Part shown: positions 1 to 12,554 of the stretch, piece by piece
How positions within the stretch are numbered: the first letter of the stretch is position 1
Layout of the letters: every line of letters starts with the position of its first letter
Assembly: GCA_000002435.2 (NCBI GenBank)
Contig: CM018793.1
Source of the DNA: Giardia intestinalis
Lineage: Eukaryota
DNA: 64,000 bases
Direction: 5' to 3' (one strand)
Position numbers and translations under genes: made by a program
The notes under the pieces: generated by a model
Seen by the model: only the letters and a program-made list of their open reading frames with translations
What the model was told of the DNA's origin: nothing
Databases searched by the model: none

Positions 1-1298
1 CCACCGGGACGTGCAGAAGGTCCAGGTGCGTCTGGGTGGACCCGTACGACCACGCGGAGAAGACGTGCTACGGCATGGGCTGGTGCAGCTACAGCGGGGC
101 CACCGAGCAGTGCAGCTGCAACCCCAACACGGTCCCCGTCGGAGCGAGCGTATGTGTCTACGCGGCGTGCATGCCGAGTGGTAGCACCGATGACCCCAGT
201 ATGATATGCAGGGGGCGCGGGACATGCGTAGAGGGCCCTGTCGCCGGCACGGGACTGTGCAGGTGCGACAGCAGCAGATACCGCACAGACAAGAAGACCG
301 GCCAGTGCTTTGTCAAAGAATGCTTCGGGGCGCACGAGAGCATCCTGGCCGAGGTCTGCGATGGCGGTGGAACATGCAGTGAAGACACTAAAAAGTGCAA
401 CTGCAACTCCTCCGGCTTCCAGAGCCTCGACGGCCAGAACGGCTGCGTGCACAGCAGCTGCGTCTCGTCGGACAACAAGCTCTGCAGCGGCTTCGGCGCC
501 TGCGAGAAGACCGGCGACACCTACGGCTGCCTGTGTGCAAGTTACTATACTCTGGTCGACAAAGACTGCATCCCCACAAGGTGTCTCAAGGACGGGAAGG
601 TCTGCAACGGCGGTGGCACATGCTCCGGCGAGGGATCCTCTGCTACCTGCAGCTGCAGCCAGGGCTGGACCCCCCACGGGACCCTCTGCTACCCATCGGC
701 CTGCGTCTCCGGTGGGGCGCTCTGCGGGGGGAATGGCGACTGCCAGCTCTCCGACGGAGGCTCGTGCAGCTGCAGAAGCGGCTACGAGACCGTCTCCGGG
801 GGGCTCTGCGTCAGCAGCCAGTGCGTCCAGCGCGGCACCGACGGCACCGTGACGATCTGCGGGGGCAACGGCAGGTGCGTGTCTGAGAACGGCGTGACTC
901 CCAGCTGCGTGTGCAACGAGGGCTTCTCTCTCACAAGCGACTTCGTCTGCGGAGTCCCTGCTCCATCTAAAAAATCGTCTGCCGGCACGACGGCTGCGAT
1001 CGTGGTCGTCGTCCTCCTCGTCCTCGTTGCGGTGGCCGGCTTCCTTGTCTGGTGGTTCGTGATACGGCCCAGGAGAGGCGGCCCACTGAGGGAGCGCGTC
1101 CCGCAGAAAGGCTCCAAGTCTTCCAGCTCTTCTAGGTCCAAGCTCAGGCGGCAGGCGGACTCCAGCGTCTCGCTCCACGCCGACGTGCCCCTGCTGAGCC
1201 AGGCGTCCAACGTCAACTCCAGCATCCAGCTCTAGCCCGCTGCCCGCAAGGTGTCGGTATTGGTAAGTCGACGGCGCGGATCTGCATACGAATGTAAA
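1..1298. repeat. Segmental duplication, copy A, nucleotide-identical to 55606..56903
   Basis: A direct read of both intervals shows identical sequence and identical six-frame ORFs. Identity ends within TGTAAAC/TGTAAAT about 60 nt after the stop codon. Confidence 0.9.
3..1235 (+). CDS. High-cysteine membrane protein (HCMP), 3' part only (5' end truncated by window start): EGF-like Cys repeats, C-terminal TM helix and Ser-rich cytoplasmic tail
   Basis: The frame is open from the window edge to TAG at 1233-1235. The translation is identical to the C-terminal 411 aa of CDS 51766..56841. It carries repeated CxxC/GxC motifs and a TM helix (AAIVVVVLLVLVAVAGFLVWWFVI). Confidence 0.85.
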   Translation, partial: TGTCRRSRCVWVDPYDHAEKTCYGMGWCSYSGATEQCSCNPNTVPVGASVCVYAACMPSGSTDDPSMICRGRGTCVEGPVAGTGLCRCDSSRYRTDKKTGQCFVKECFGAHESILAEVCDGGGTCSEDTKKCNCNSSGFQSLDGQNGCVHSSCVSSDNKLCSGFGACEKTGDTYGCLCASYYTLVDKDCIPTRCLKDGKVCNGGGTCSGEGSSATCSCSQGWTPHGTLCYPSACVSGGALCGGNGDCQLSDGGSCSCRSGYETVSGGLCVSSQCVQRGTDGTVTICGGNGRCVSENGVTPSCVCNEGFSLTSDFVCGVPAPSKKSSAGTTAAIVVVVLLVLVAVAGFLVWWFVIRPRRGGPLRERVPQKGSKSSSSSRSKLRRQADSSVSLHADVPLLSQASNVNSSIQL

Positions 1299-1479
1299 CA
1301 TGATTTACTTCGAGGTTAGTTTGTCAACTGCTGTCCGAACAGGTTTTCCATGTGAGCCATCGCTCTGGGCAGACCTCCCGCTCACCTTCCGAGACCCGAG
1401 AGCCGGATGTCCTAGATCCCCGTGGGAGAAGAAGAAGGTTTGCCTATCCTCTTGGAAGCTGCTGTGCTTCTCGCAGCGC

Positions 1480-1700
1480 CTTCTAGGACCTCCCCTTCCT
1501 CTGGCTGGTTGTGGGCAGCCAGGACTCGTTCGCTTCTGTCAGCCAGACACCCCAAGGATCCCATCTCTTGTCGAGGGATTCACATAGGTCACATGGTGAG
1601 TCCATCCCGATGAGCGTGGCAAGTGATCGGCGCCATTGCCAGCTGCAGGCTTTCAGTCGCCTTCTCTATCGCCTTGGAGGAGGAAGCATGAGGTTCTTCT
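1480..1700 (+). repeat. Interspersed repeat, copy 1 (approximately 80% identity to 18860..19110)
   Basis: The string tctgtcagcc...cccatctcttgYcgagggattcacataggtcac...agtgatcggcgc...ttgccttggag occurs in both places in the same orientation. The short ORFs there share peptide tails (CRGIHIGH, SLVEGFT/SLAEGFT). Confidence 0.6.
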
Positions 1701-4700
1701 TTTGTCATCAGAATGGTATGACGTCCGAACCTCGATTCCCTGACTTCAGATGATGAACAAGCAGGGAAGTTCTTTGCATGGCACTTGCATGAGGGATTTG
1801 CTCAGACAGCAGCTACGGCGTCTGGCTACATGTTTCTCTTACGAGCCTGGTAATTGACCAGAGTTGCTTTACAGTCGCGGAGACACTGCTGCGTCTCTCT
1901 GAGTCTTTTAGAGAGACGATCCAGTTTAGTGTAGAAGAGTGAGGGCGATCCAGCCCCGTGCCTACGTGCTGCTCTGCAGTCTGCTGCTCCTGCTTTCTGT
2001 CTTCGTTTCCCTGAAAGCAGTCACGATGGCTCTCTGGAGCAATCGCTTGCATCCATCCGCAACCCTAGGCGTTACGGCTTGGAAGTCCATGTCACCGCAT
2101 AAGCTCTATGGAAGGCATTTACTAGCCATGGCAGATGGAGGTCGCCGCTTCTGGAGGCCCTGGTGCATGCCAGGCCTAGAAGACGCTGACTCCACTGGCT
2201 GCAGGAGCCCCCACCTACATGTGACAGCTTGAAGTAGCACCACTTCGAGGACAGAGGATATCCACAGCTCGAGAGGACGCGGCGGCAGAGAACAGACTCA
2301 GGCATAGCCACAAACAGACCCATCGATCCGGATGGATGAGGGCGGACACCTAATTGGCAAGCCGTTGGCTAGTCTATGTAGAATCGCACCCTCCAACGCA
2401 GGCTCTGACACACAAAGTTTAATGCAGACTATATGTACACAGCAGACGGGCAGAAGCCTGCTTCGTAGTGTGTGGAGGCTTTGATGAGGCAATCGCGGGC
2501 TTAATGAAGGCCGGGACCGGTAGCTCTAACAGAGGGCTTCCCAGCTTTGGAATACTTGCGATCACCATAGAGTCAATACAGTGAGTTATCTGCAGTAACA
2601 AACTTGTGGAGATAAGGGCAGAGTCCTATCAAACTAACTAGATACTAATGGATCCTAGCGTGAACTCGCAGTATAAGAACTTGCAGAAGGCACCGCATTC
2701 TACTCATCTGAGTAAGACGGCCAACTAAGTGGACCCATAGTGCAAAGACCACGAGGCCAAGGGCTCCTCCATAGCTTCAGAAGCCAACATCACAAGAGTC
2801 ACACTGGCTGCGGAGTGCTTTCTGATCCACTGAGGCTTAGCGGCATGGCTTCGTTTCCTAGTACGGCCAGACAGGCTTGAGACACGAGATACTCTGTCTG
2901 CTACAAAGCACACCTTCTGGCAGCGACTCTTGTCTATCGGGTAACTCTCGCATAGAGGAGGCAGATGGCTCTGAAGCGTCACTGCTCGCCTGATAGCTCT
3001 GGATCATAGCAGAGGAAGTTGTTTATGAGAATGCACCCCTAGTGTGTAGATCCACATTTTCGTGCGACGTGAGAAGACGTTTCTGGGTTGATCTGTCATG
3101 CCTCCATCTGCTCTAGCAAAATGTAACGCAACGCATGCACTATTGATCTATGTCGCCATGGCAGCCATAGTTAACTAGCCAACGAGACAATCGCTAGAGG
3201 AACCCTCGCACACTTATGAGCAGAGGCGCAGCCTGAGAGCAGTCCTCTGGCCGCTAAGTGATGGAGGAGCAGACATAGCGCTGCTCCGTGCAATCACACT
3301 CTCTTACCTTAGTAGCTATATGGGCAGCCCCGGTCTTGTGAGGTCTGTGGATAAGCTGCTTCACCCCATAAAACACTCAGAATTACTACAGGTGACACCT
3401 GCAAAATCTTACTGTTGGAGGCCATGCTCCACTAGAGACATGGCTCTGGAAACACATTGACTGATGGGAGCTCCCCTCTAGCGTTCTTAGGGGCGATGTC
3501 TGTCCACAATAGCTCTACACCCACTGCCTGTCTATGACCCAACTGTATCTTATTAGACCCCTATCTCCACTGAGTGGCTGATTCGAGGGTGATTGCCGTT
3601 ACCAGAATGATATCTTATATTGACTGCTAAGAGCTGTCTTTGCATATATTACGCTGCTTAGTACTGCACTCAAACGAAGTTTGCCATCGTTTCGCAGCTA
3701 TTGTGGATTGGAAGAACAGTTAGCACTCTCAGTAGTTCATGTGGTAATCGGAAGTCAGGGAAGTCTAAGTTGAGTGGGAAAGCTTGAAGAGGAAGTAGCA
3801 GCTCTTGTACTCCTCTGCTGGGTGATGCAGAGAACTGGCTCGTTTCTTAGCGTCGATAAGTTCTTCAGAATGCACGTTTCTTTGTATAAGGCCTGCATGC
3901 TTCGGATTGCCCTCTGTTGCCAGCAGAGCAGCCACCGCCCTGTGTGTCTCCTTCAGGCATATACCCATCTACGACGACGCCTCATGTATCCTCTCTGGAG
4001 AGGTATAACCGTCCCAATCCAGACACCTTGCTCTCAGCGCACACCTCGTATCTATCAAAGGCCAGGTGTTCGTCAACCATATCCCGTGAGCATCAGCGCT
4101 GTGCCACTATGTTACTTCCTGTCCTTCTTGAGGGGCGTGCTCTGACCATCTCAGTGTCTCTATGATAGGAGAGCTGTGGATCCGGAGGCTGCTGTGGCTT
4201 TCTGGCCCTCTCTGCTGTCCAGTAGACTGCAAGAGCGCCCTTCGGGAGTCGGTCCCCCAACCCTCTGTTCTCTCGGGGAAGTGGTCCTTGGATAGTGCTA
4301 CTTGGATGGTTCCCGAAGCCTCACTGCACGGGTGCTGCTTCTAAGAACTCCTGGAGCCTCCCTACAGAGTCGCCCAATGGCGCAAGTCTTACCCATTGTC
4401 AGCGGGGGTCTTGGCTCTCAAGGACATCTCAGGGACAGTACGTTTGACCCACGCCAGTGCCACTTCCTGGCAGAGGCATGCGGAAGATCTACTCCCTCTT
4501 GTGGATCCATCATTGGTATCGAAAGCACTGCGTCTGTTACCTTCGTTGGAGGTGTCGACAGATGGTACCCCGTATCTGCCCCATTGAAGAGTTGGAGGTC
4601 TGCTAAGGACAGCGAAGAGGATCCCATCAGGGCTGTGATCATATACCCGTCATTATGGCAACCATAGTGTAGATAAGACAACTGTCTGAGTCCTGTGACT

Positions 4701-7700
4701 CCCGGGGTGAGACGCCAGGGGCGTAGCTAATTCAAGCTGATGAAGGCTACCCTTGTCATAGCAGGCTTAGAAAATAGGGAGCGAGTGACGTACCTGGTGT
4801 CCATCAACGCACACATGCAGCCTGGAAGCCGTGTTCAAAGCACCAAGGCCTGCAGGGGAATGGCATCCGAACAGGCCCAACAGTTATGACTGTTTCTGAG
4901 GACAAGTCAGCGTGACTAAACGAGAACATGAGAACTCACAGAGACCCTCACAGTTTTGATGTCTGGGAGAACGTGGGGGCTGACCACTCCAAGGTTGTCC
5001 ATCTCATGAGCTGGCTTTCGATAGCAAACATAACAAGGAAGTGACCCCTAATTATACACAATCTCATGCCAGCCCATCGCAGGATAGACCATCATTGCCT
5101 GACCTACCAATCCGTCCATTGCTGTGATAGATGTAACAGTACTTCATCATCGGCCACCTTGCGGCTACACAGTCAGGGTATTATCCGTGACATTGCTTGC
5201 TGATGCTCTGCATAGGGCCCTGTCCTCGTAGAGTGACAGATGAGCCTCTCTGTATATGTGGATCTAATGATATGGCTCCTCTGGGACTTTCCACCTCTGC
5301 TTCTGTCTAGTATCTCACATCAATATGAAGTGGCCAGTGGCTGTTATTGGATCTTGCAGCATAACTATTACACATGTATGTGCCCATCAAGACTACCATA
5401 TAGGGTCACACAAGCCGGGAGCTCTGTCAGGCAATTATCGGACTCGATATCAAGATGGCACGGGGACAACACTCCCAGTGGTCGCTGAAGCATGAAGCAT
5501 TATATAGATCGTATAGCATACCAGCGGCAGCACAACGGCAGAGGACATACTTAGATGTAGATAGCGCCTACAGCAAGCGGCATGCTGTCGTTGTCGGTAC
5601 AACGGGCATAGTGGCTACTGGATCCACGCTTTGGTAGCCTCGATTGGAGCAATTGCACAGCGAAGGAGCAGAGCGAGGGGGCATGGAAACCAACCGGTCG
5701 AGCAACGTGTACATGTACGAGCACAGTTATAAGTCTCGCCCACACTAGTGGGTGGTGCTCTGCCTCAATGTGGACTCAGCGGGTTAGCTCTTATATCTAT
5801 GGTAGGGAGCAGAACACCACGCTGGTCATGTGATGAGAGGTCTTCATGCGGTCTTCCAACTAGCCTAGGCAGCACTTGGAAGCGACCAACCCTCTCGTAC
5901 CACGTCTCCTCTCCAAATAGGACTGAAGGCGCCCAGGGCGCTCTTCTAGGGCCTTAGTATCATGGAGCCCGTGCCAGGCAGGAAGGTTCTATATTACATA
6001 GCATGAGAGCCTCTATGACGTGTAAATACTTGCGTGGTTGTAGTGACGCGTCCTCATCAGCAAGTGTCAGGGCACATCAGTGGACAACTGTATAATAAGT
6101 CAGGCACTCTGTGTGCGATCATGCATCACAGCTCTCGTAACGGGCTACGGGCGACCTGAGGACTAGTACTCTATGGCAGCGCAATGTGAGGCGGTGAGCC
6201 TAAGGCAATCGCCGGATCGATGGCTTCAACGCGGCATCCAACAAGGTGCAGCAGGGCATCGAGCCAGCTGAGCATTGAACCAGGCCCTGGATAGGAGCTA
6301 AGAGCTCCTGTGCATGGCTGGGCTGCTCTCTAGATGGGAAAGGATGCACGTCGAGCTGGTCAGGTGCGATGCTGTAAGGTATCCACAGCTGTATCGATGC
6401 ATCTGGTAAGTCCACACTGGACTCCGGGAAGCACGCTGCCGGACAAGCCGAGGAGGCTCGAGGGATGATGGCGCCGTCTTGTTATCGCTATGCAGTGCTC
6501 CGTGGACATGTATACAAACCAGCATCTCCTGGTAGCCGAGGAGGGGGCAGAGCTAGGAGACGGCGAGTGTCCCATTATGAACGACTCCAGGCGCTACCCG
6601 ATCACTCCTTGGAAGGGCATATGCCTCGGCTAGGTTGCATCACATCCAGAGTAGAAGAGGAAGCTGTACTGTCCTATTTGTTTCTCAGGACAATGTGCGA
6701 ATAGAAAGCGGCCCAGCGACTGACACTCTGCACCGTCCTCCTCATCCGCGGCCTGAGCAGCCAGATGCCAGGCTCGATATGTAGGACGGAAGCTGCGAAG
6801 AATAAACTCACCACGGGGCCGATTGTCTGACACCAAAAAATCCAAAGGGACGATAGCGCCCACTGCCTCTTAGGAGAGCGCATCATGCACGATACCAGCC
6901 GTGCCAGCCTTGGCTTCTTAGGGGAGTAACCTGGGGACGTCCTGTACTAGCTTCGGCTTGTGAGGCGTTAAGACCTGTGAATAGCACAAAAGGAGGCAAC
7001 TGGGTGTACAGGCAGTGCATTGTGTTCGTGGAAGTGTACCGCAACTTCTAGGTGTATACAGCGGCACTAAGCCGGGCATCTCAACTGGCCTGCATTGGCG
7101 ACCCGCTTGCCACCGTGTTTGCTGTGATGAGAGGCTGTGTCTGTCCAACAGATTGAACAGGTATTGCACTTGCTTCTCTGGTGATGCATGCATGGTCATA
7201 TGTAGCTCTGGTAGGTAGCGTGGATACTATGATAGCTAAGCTGTCTGCCATCAGTAGAGAGTAGCAGTTAATCGCGCCAGAGACTCTTCCAGGTAAGCCT
7301 TCGGTCTTCGTGCCTGCTTCTCCACCAACTATAGTAATAACTGTATATCCAGAACAATGCCATGAAACGCTCCACTGCCTTTCAGAGTGAGACATGGACC
7401 TGCGTATAGGGCTAGAAATAGAACCCTGTACATCAACTGTTGTGCGCCTGGCGTGATGTCAGGTCTAGACCGCGGCACGATCTCTGCGTGCTTATGTGCT
7501 TGCGTGCATGCTCACTGCTATGTTGGAAATTGCAGCAAGGAGGTTGGCCTCTGAGTGCACCCACTCTACAGTGACTAGTCCTTAGCTGCACGTCTCAACG
7601 GAGGAGGGTGCTACTTGGGTGTGCAAAAGACTATCTGTGCACGGCGGCTCCTGGAGAGATGGTTCGCACAGAAAAGGTAGAGGCGACCAACAGACCAGGG

Positions 7701-10623
7701 AGGTAAGATCATCGCTAGAGAGTCTAGTTATAGATCTGGATTGCAACGAGGACACTTGTAATGCCTTTCTGGCCTCCGAACATAGAAAGATTGCAAGGCC
7801 TATAAATAGATCGGAGGCTACTTTTTGATTTTGTGCATTTGTAGCGGCGTAATATTTATTGGGAGCCAGTCTCGTCTGAAGCTGGGGAAATTCACTTTCT
7901 CTCCATATACAGGCGAAGATCTATTGTAGAGGCATACTGTACAGGCCGGTACCAGTCGGCGTGGTTGCTGTCCACAAATGTCTCACTTGCGTCCTCCCAC
8001 AACAGATGAATCGCCAAAGTGTCTCTTGGATTGCGTGATGTCCTACAGTGCATCTCTGTTTCGGCCAAAGATTGGCGCACGCGTTGTGTAGTTTAGATTG
8101 CTCATCCCCATGAGGATGTAATCCGCTCTCATCCTCTGCTTGTCTATCTCGTACGACCACTGCTGATGACCTTTCCAGATCAGTGGGTGCCTTCATCGGT
8201 CCTGCAAAGGCACGCATCATGTAGGTGACTACTGCAGACCAGAGTTCTGTCTACCAAGGAAAAGGGTCAATCTGTTTACCGCGTAGGCATTCATTGTGTG
8301 CCCTATATAGTCCAGCAGGTCTTGTGCTCTTTAACATTTTCTCAGAGCCCTGTCTGGAGCCTGCATGCATATCGTTACTGACGAGCACTTTAGATTCACC
8401 TAGTCACCTAGGACGTCAAATCCCTTACGCTGCATAATGGGTATGCTCAGTGTGAGAGATACGTAGTCAGCATCAGCCTTCTCGGCTCATTGTCTGGGCA
8501 ATACTACTGCTGTTTCTCATCCAATCCGCTGGCGCGAGGACCCAGCTCATGGCTAGCAAACCGAGAAAGGCCATTCCGGGAGGTCTTCAAGCGCGCTAGT
8601 ACCTCGTTAGCGGGTAGCTAACAGTGACCGTGGCGCGTACTTCCACCAAGCCATGGCCTCCTTGAGCGGGGGTGTGAAATGGGGCCCTGTTATCCTGCGG
8701 CCCTGCTGATTCCCCGGACAGCAGGGATCGGAGCAGCCCAGCTAGCGCCTCTGGGTCTCCTTCTGTCCTCGTTGTCTGAGATGCGCTTGACTCTATAAAC
8801 TTGAAAAGGTACTGTACTGTGCTTGGGTCTGCGAGGCTCAACTAGGCAGGGCTACCCTCTTGGAGACTACGCTGAGGTACCACACATCCCGAGGAACCTG
8901 TATGGAGTACCACAGCCCAAGGGCACCTTTGTCTGTCGAATGCAAGTTGTAGTTATGGCTTCATAAGTGCAGCCTTTCTTAAAATAACTGATCAACTACA
9001 GAATTCGCCTACTCACCCAGAGCCACCTGATGGAGGATGATATCAGTCTCGTCAGTCGTCTACAACGTACACCAGTCGAGTCTTACAGATGAACAAGGGC
9101 TACCCAGTCCGCAGCACTAGACATTAGCAGATATCCTTCACGACAAGGGGGATAAGCGACTGGTAGACCAAAATAGTCGTCTGCCCATTGAAGATCTTCC
9201 AGTCACTGACCTAGGCCAGCTTCCTACAAGATTCTTGGCGAGTTGTATCAGAGACGCATGCTTATGGAACTCCCAACTCAAGGTGTATGCTGCTGGATCC
9301 CACCTTTCATACCAGTCTATGTATAGCGGTGCTCCGGCCTTTAGTGAAACTACCCTGGAGACCACATAAAATATAATGCCCCAGTCGGGTATTATCAGAC
9401 TCCTACAGCTATGCAATGAGGTCTGCTTTTCGCATTACGCATCAGAGAAGTATGTTGGGCTGTAGTGGTGCAATTCCTCGTATGGTATGGTTCGTGAGTC
9501 CAGAGATAAGATGCTTGTATCAATCGATCTGTTTACCTAGGGCCAACCATAAGTTGGACTAACGGTGACAATCAGACGCTGCTCGACTTCCTGACAGCAG
9601 ATAGAGATCCGACTACCCTAGTACCTTACCTGAGACCACAGGGACGCTGATTACGGGTCTGATTAATAGCTGGCGGAGCGACACGACAGGCCTAAGTTTT
9701 TTCTGCCGAAGTAGCCCACCACAAGAAACTCTTTGTCGTTCATACCAACAGATTCAGGCACTGCAAGCAATCGTGGTTCTACTACCGCTACAATGGACAG
9801 CACCAGGATGATCCAAAAGGGGTAATGGGAGTCCTGGTTTCTTAGCTTAGGAGACAACGCGGTTTGGGCAGTGCTTCCTCCTTGTCCAAATGTAGAAGTG
9901 TTGGCCTGCGTTTCCTGAGCTCCAATTGAGTCTTTGTCGTGCGGTGAGGTATCTTAAAATATCCATTACAAAAAGCGAAGAATAGCGCCGTCCACGCTCA
10001 ACAAACCAAAGCGTCTCACGGGCTAATCTACACCGATTCACATCTTCCATGGACCTTAGCGACCACCGTAACCTTCTGCTAGAATCTCACGGGAGCTCGT
10101 CTTTGAGTCCAGCTCTCCTACAACAGTCAGAAGCCGCAAACATAATCTGATGAAGGAGAATGCTGCAAGGACTGAGAAGAGAGTGCCGGTGAATGGGGGT
10201 TCGCAGGGACCCGATCCGCGCAGGGAAGGCGCAGGGGCCAACACCTCGGGGACACAAGGGCGTTAGGAGAGGAGCCAGCAGCAAATCTGTGGCACAGCGG
10301 GGACACTCAGGGCGTCCTTTCATTGTCTGAAGGGCAGGGGAGAAGCAGGTGTGTGAGGCGGTCCAGCAGATTATTTTTGAGTTTCTGCCTCCCTGCGTGC
10401 TGCACGAGGATGAATTTCCTTGGAGGCCGCTTGCCCAGGCCCAAAGGGTCCCTAGGGATGGCTTATACAATAGACACATTTACTACCCACTAATTTGCAT
10501 CTCTCAAACAAAGGTATCATAGGAGATGGACTCTTGAGATTATCTGATATAGTATGATCAGGTAGAGTGCTTTAGCTTTGGATATCTTATTCTTGTCCAT
10601 ATAATAAGCTAAGAAGGGCTTCA

Positions 10624-12534
10624 ATGTTATTGGTAGCTTTCTACTTCGTGCTGAGCGCTCTTACGGCAGCTTGTCAATCGGATGCCCAAATTGCTAAATG
10701 TACGCAGTGTGTAAAAATAAGTACAAGTGATACTGAGATCTGTACAGAATGCAAAGCTGAAGGAGACGTTCCTATCAACGGAGTATGCACACCAAAGGGG
10801 GATGCTACTGTCACAACTGCTGGATGTAAGACTGATGCTGGAGCTGAAATAACAACAGAAAAGACATGTGGGCAATGCGACGGGGCTTACTTCCTCCATA
10901 AGAACGGATGCTATGCAATTGGCGGGGACGTTGGACGCCTTATTTGCGCCGATGCCGCAGCTGCTGGTCGTGTGTCATCAAAAACTCCTGGCGTTTGTGA
11001 GGGTTGCGTAGTTGGCTATTTTAAAAACCCAAGTGCAGCTAACAATAAGGACTCTTGTATTGCATGCAATGATGCAACTGGAGTTGTGGATGGTGGAAAT
11101 ACGTATAAAGGAATTCTGAACTGTGCTACGTGTCAGCCGCCAGCCAGTGCTGGTGCTGCTCGCCAAGACAAGGTTGCCGTATGTGAGTCATGTCTTGAGG
11201 GGTTCTTTGTTGACAGCAATGGGGCAGCATGCACAGCATGCCAGGACAATAACTGTGCTAAATGCGATGCAGGAGCAGGAAAATGCACGAAGTGCAAGGC
11301 AACCGCTAACAAGCCATATCTAAAAAAGGGCGAAACCGAGGACTCTAATACATGTGTTGATAAAAGTGGATGTAATGATAACTCCCACTTCACTGATGAT
11401 GCTGACGATCCTACTAATGGAAAAATGTGTAAGAAATGCTCAGAAGGGATAGCAGACTGCAAAACGTGTGCTTTGAAGGATAATCCTGAAGGTACAATTC
11501 TCATCACGTGCTCTGCTTGTATAGCAGGTACTAATCAACCCAACGCCGACGGAACGAAGTGTGTACTATGTGATATACAGGATTGTATAAAGTGTAATGA
11601 AGAGAATATGTGTGAAGAGTGTACTGGAGGTAAAAGCCTAAGCCCCTTAAAGAACATGTGTATGGAGGGCTGTCCTGCAGGAACTCGTGATGTCAGCGGG
11701 ATATGTACTAATTGCCATAATTCTTGTGCAGAATGTGATGGTGATAGTGAAGCCTCCTGTACAGCTTGTTATCCTGGGCTTGTATTGAGCAAAAGCAATA
11801 CTGGAGCCACCGGCACATGCATCCCAGAGTGCACGGGAAGGTACGCAGAGAACTGCGAGGCTGGCCAGTGCACGGCCGTCGTTGGGGGCTCGAAGTACTG
11901 CAGCAGGTGCAAGGCAGGGTTCGCCCCGGTGGACGGCGTCTGTGTGTCGACAACGACAAGGGCAGTAACTGGATGCATGCCAAATGATAACAATGATGGA
12001 ACATGCAAAGCGTGTACAACCACATACTTCTTGCAATCTGGCGGATGCTATCAGTCGGCTGCATACCCAGGCAGCAACCTATGTAGCAATGCTCAGAATG
12101 GAAAATGTACGAATTGTGCTAATGGACAACAACCAGAAGCTAGCACTGGATCTTGTCCAGCATGTGCATCTGGTTGTAAAACATGTGAGGTAGCAAACAA
12201 GGAGGCATGCAAAACGTGCCTTCCGGGATACTATCTTGCCGGAGCAAAATGTGTGAAGTGCGACACCAATGATCCCAATGATGGTAGCCATATTGTTGGT
12301 GTCCCAAATTGCGTAAGCTGTGCCCCTCCAACTGGTGGCAATGGCGGTCCTGTCACCTGCTACGTCAAGACAGATGTCACTAACGATGGTGGTAACGATA
12401 ACAACGGCGGGAACACGAACAAGAGCGGCCTTAGCACAGGCGCCATAGCGGGGATCTCCGTCGCTGTCATCGTTGTTGTCGGCGGCCTCGTCGGCTTCCT
12501 CTGCTGGTGGTTCATCTGCAGGGGCAAGGCGTAG
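10624..12534 (+). CDS. Variant-specific surface protein (VSP)
   Basis: ATG with AT-rich upstream (tataataagctaagaa). Signal peptide MLLVAFYFVLSALTAAC, about 12% Cys in CxxC spacing, a GGCY motif (SGGCYQS), a C-terminal TM helix and the invariant CRGKA* terminus. Confidence 0.92.
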   Translation: MLLVAFYFVLSALTAACQSDAQIAKCTQCVKISTSDTEICTECKAEGDVPINGVCTPKGDATVTTAGCKTDAGAEITTEKTCGQCDGAYFLHKNGCYAIGGDVGRLICADAAAAGRVSSKTPGVCEGCVVGYFKNPSAANNKDSCIACNDATGVVDGGNTYKGILNCATCQPPASAGAARQDKVAVCESCLEGFFVDSNGAACTACQDNNCAKCDAGAGKCTKCKATANKPYLKKGETEDSNTCVDKSGCNDNSHFTDDADDPTNGKMCKKCSEGIADCKTCALKDNPEGTILITCSACIAGTNQPNADGTKCVLCDIQDCIKCNEENMCEECTGGKSLSPLKNMCMEGCPAGTRDVSGICTNCHNSCAECDGDSEASCTACYPGLVLSKSNTGATGTCIPECTGRYAENCEAGQCTAVVGGSKYCSRCKAGFAPVDGVCVSTTTRAVTGCMPNDNNDGTCKACTTTYFLQSGGCYQSAAYPGSNLCSNAQNGKCTNCANGQQPEASTGSCPACASGCKTCEVANKEACKTCLPGYYLAGAKCVKCDTNDPNDGSHIVGVPNCVSCAPPTGGNGGPVTCYVKTDVTNDGGNDNNGGNTNKSGLSTGAIAGISVAVIVVVGGLVGFLCWWFICRGKA

Positions 12535-12547
12535 ATGTACTTAGGTA

Positions 12548-12554
12548 GTAAACG
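12548..12554 (+). terminator. Putative Giardia polyadenylation signal AGTAAAC (AGTRAAY), 14 nt after the VSP stop
   Basis: Exact motif match read at 12548-12554. Confidence 0.6.

Noticed and set aside
1262-1268. GGTAAGT just after the HCMP stop, resembling a 5' splice site.
   Set aside because: Giardia introns are extremely rare and use GTATGT...branch/AG. There is no downstream branch or acceptor pattern or continuing ORF. I take it as a chance match.
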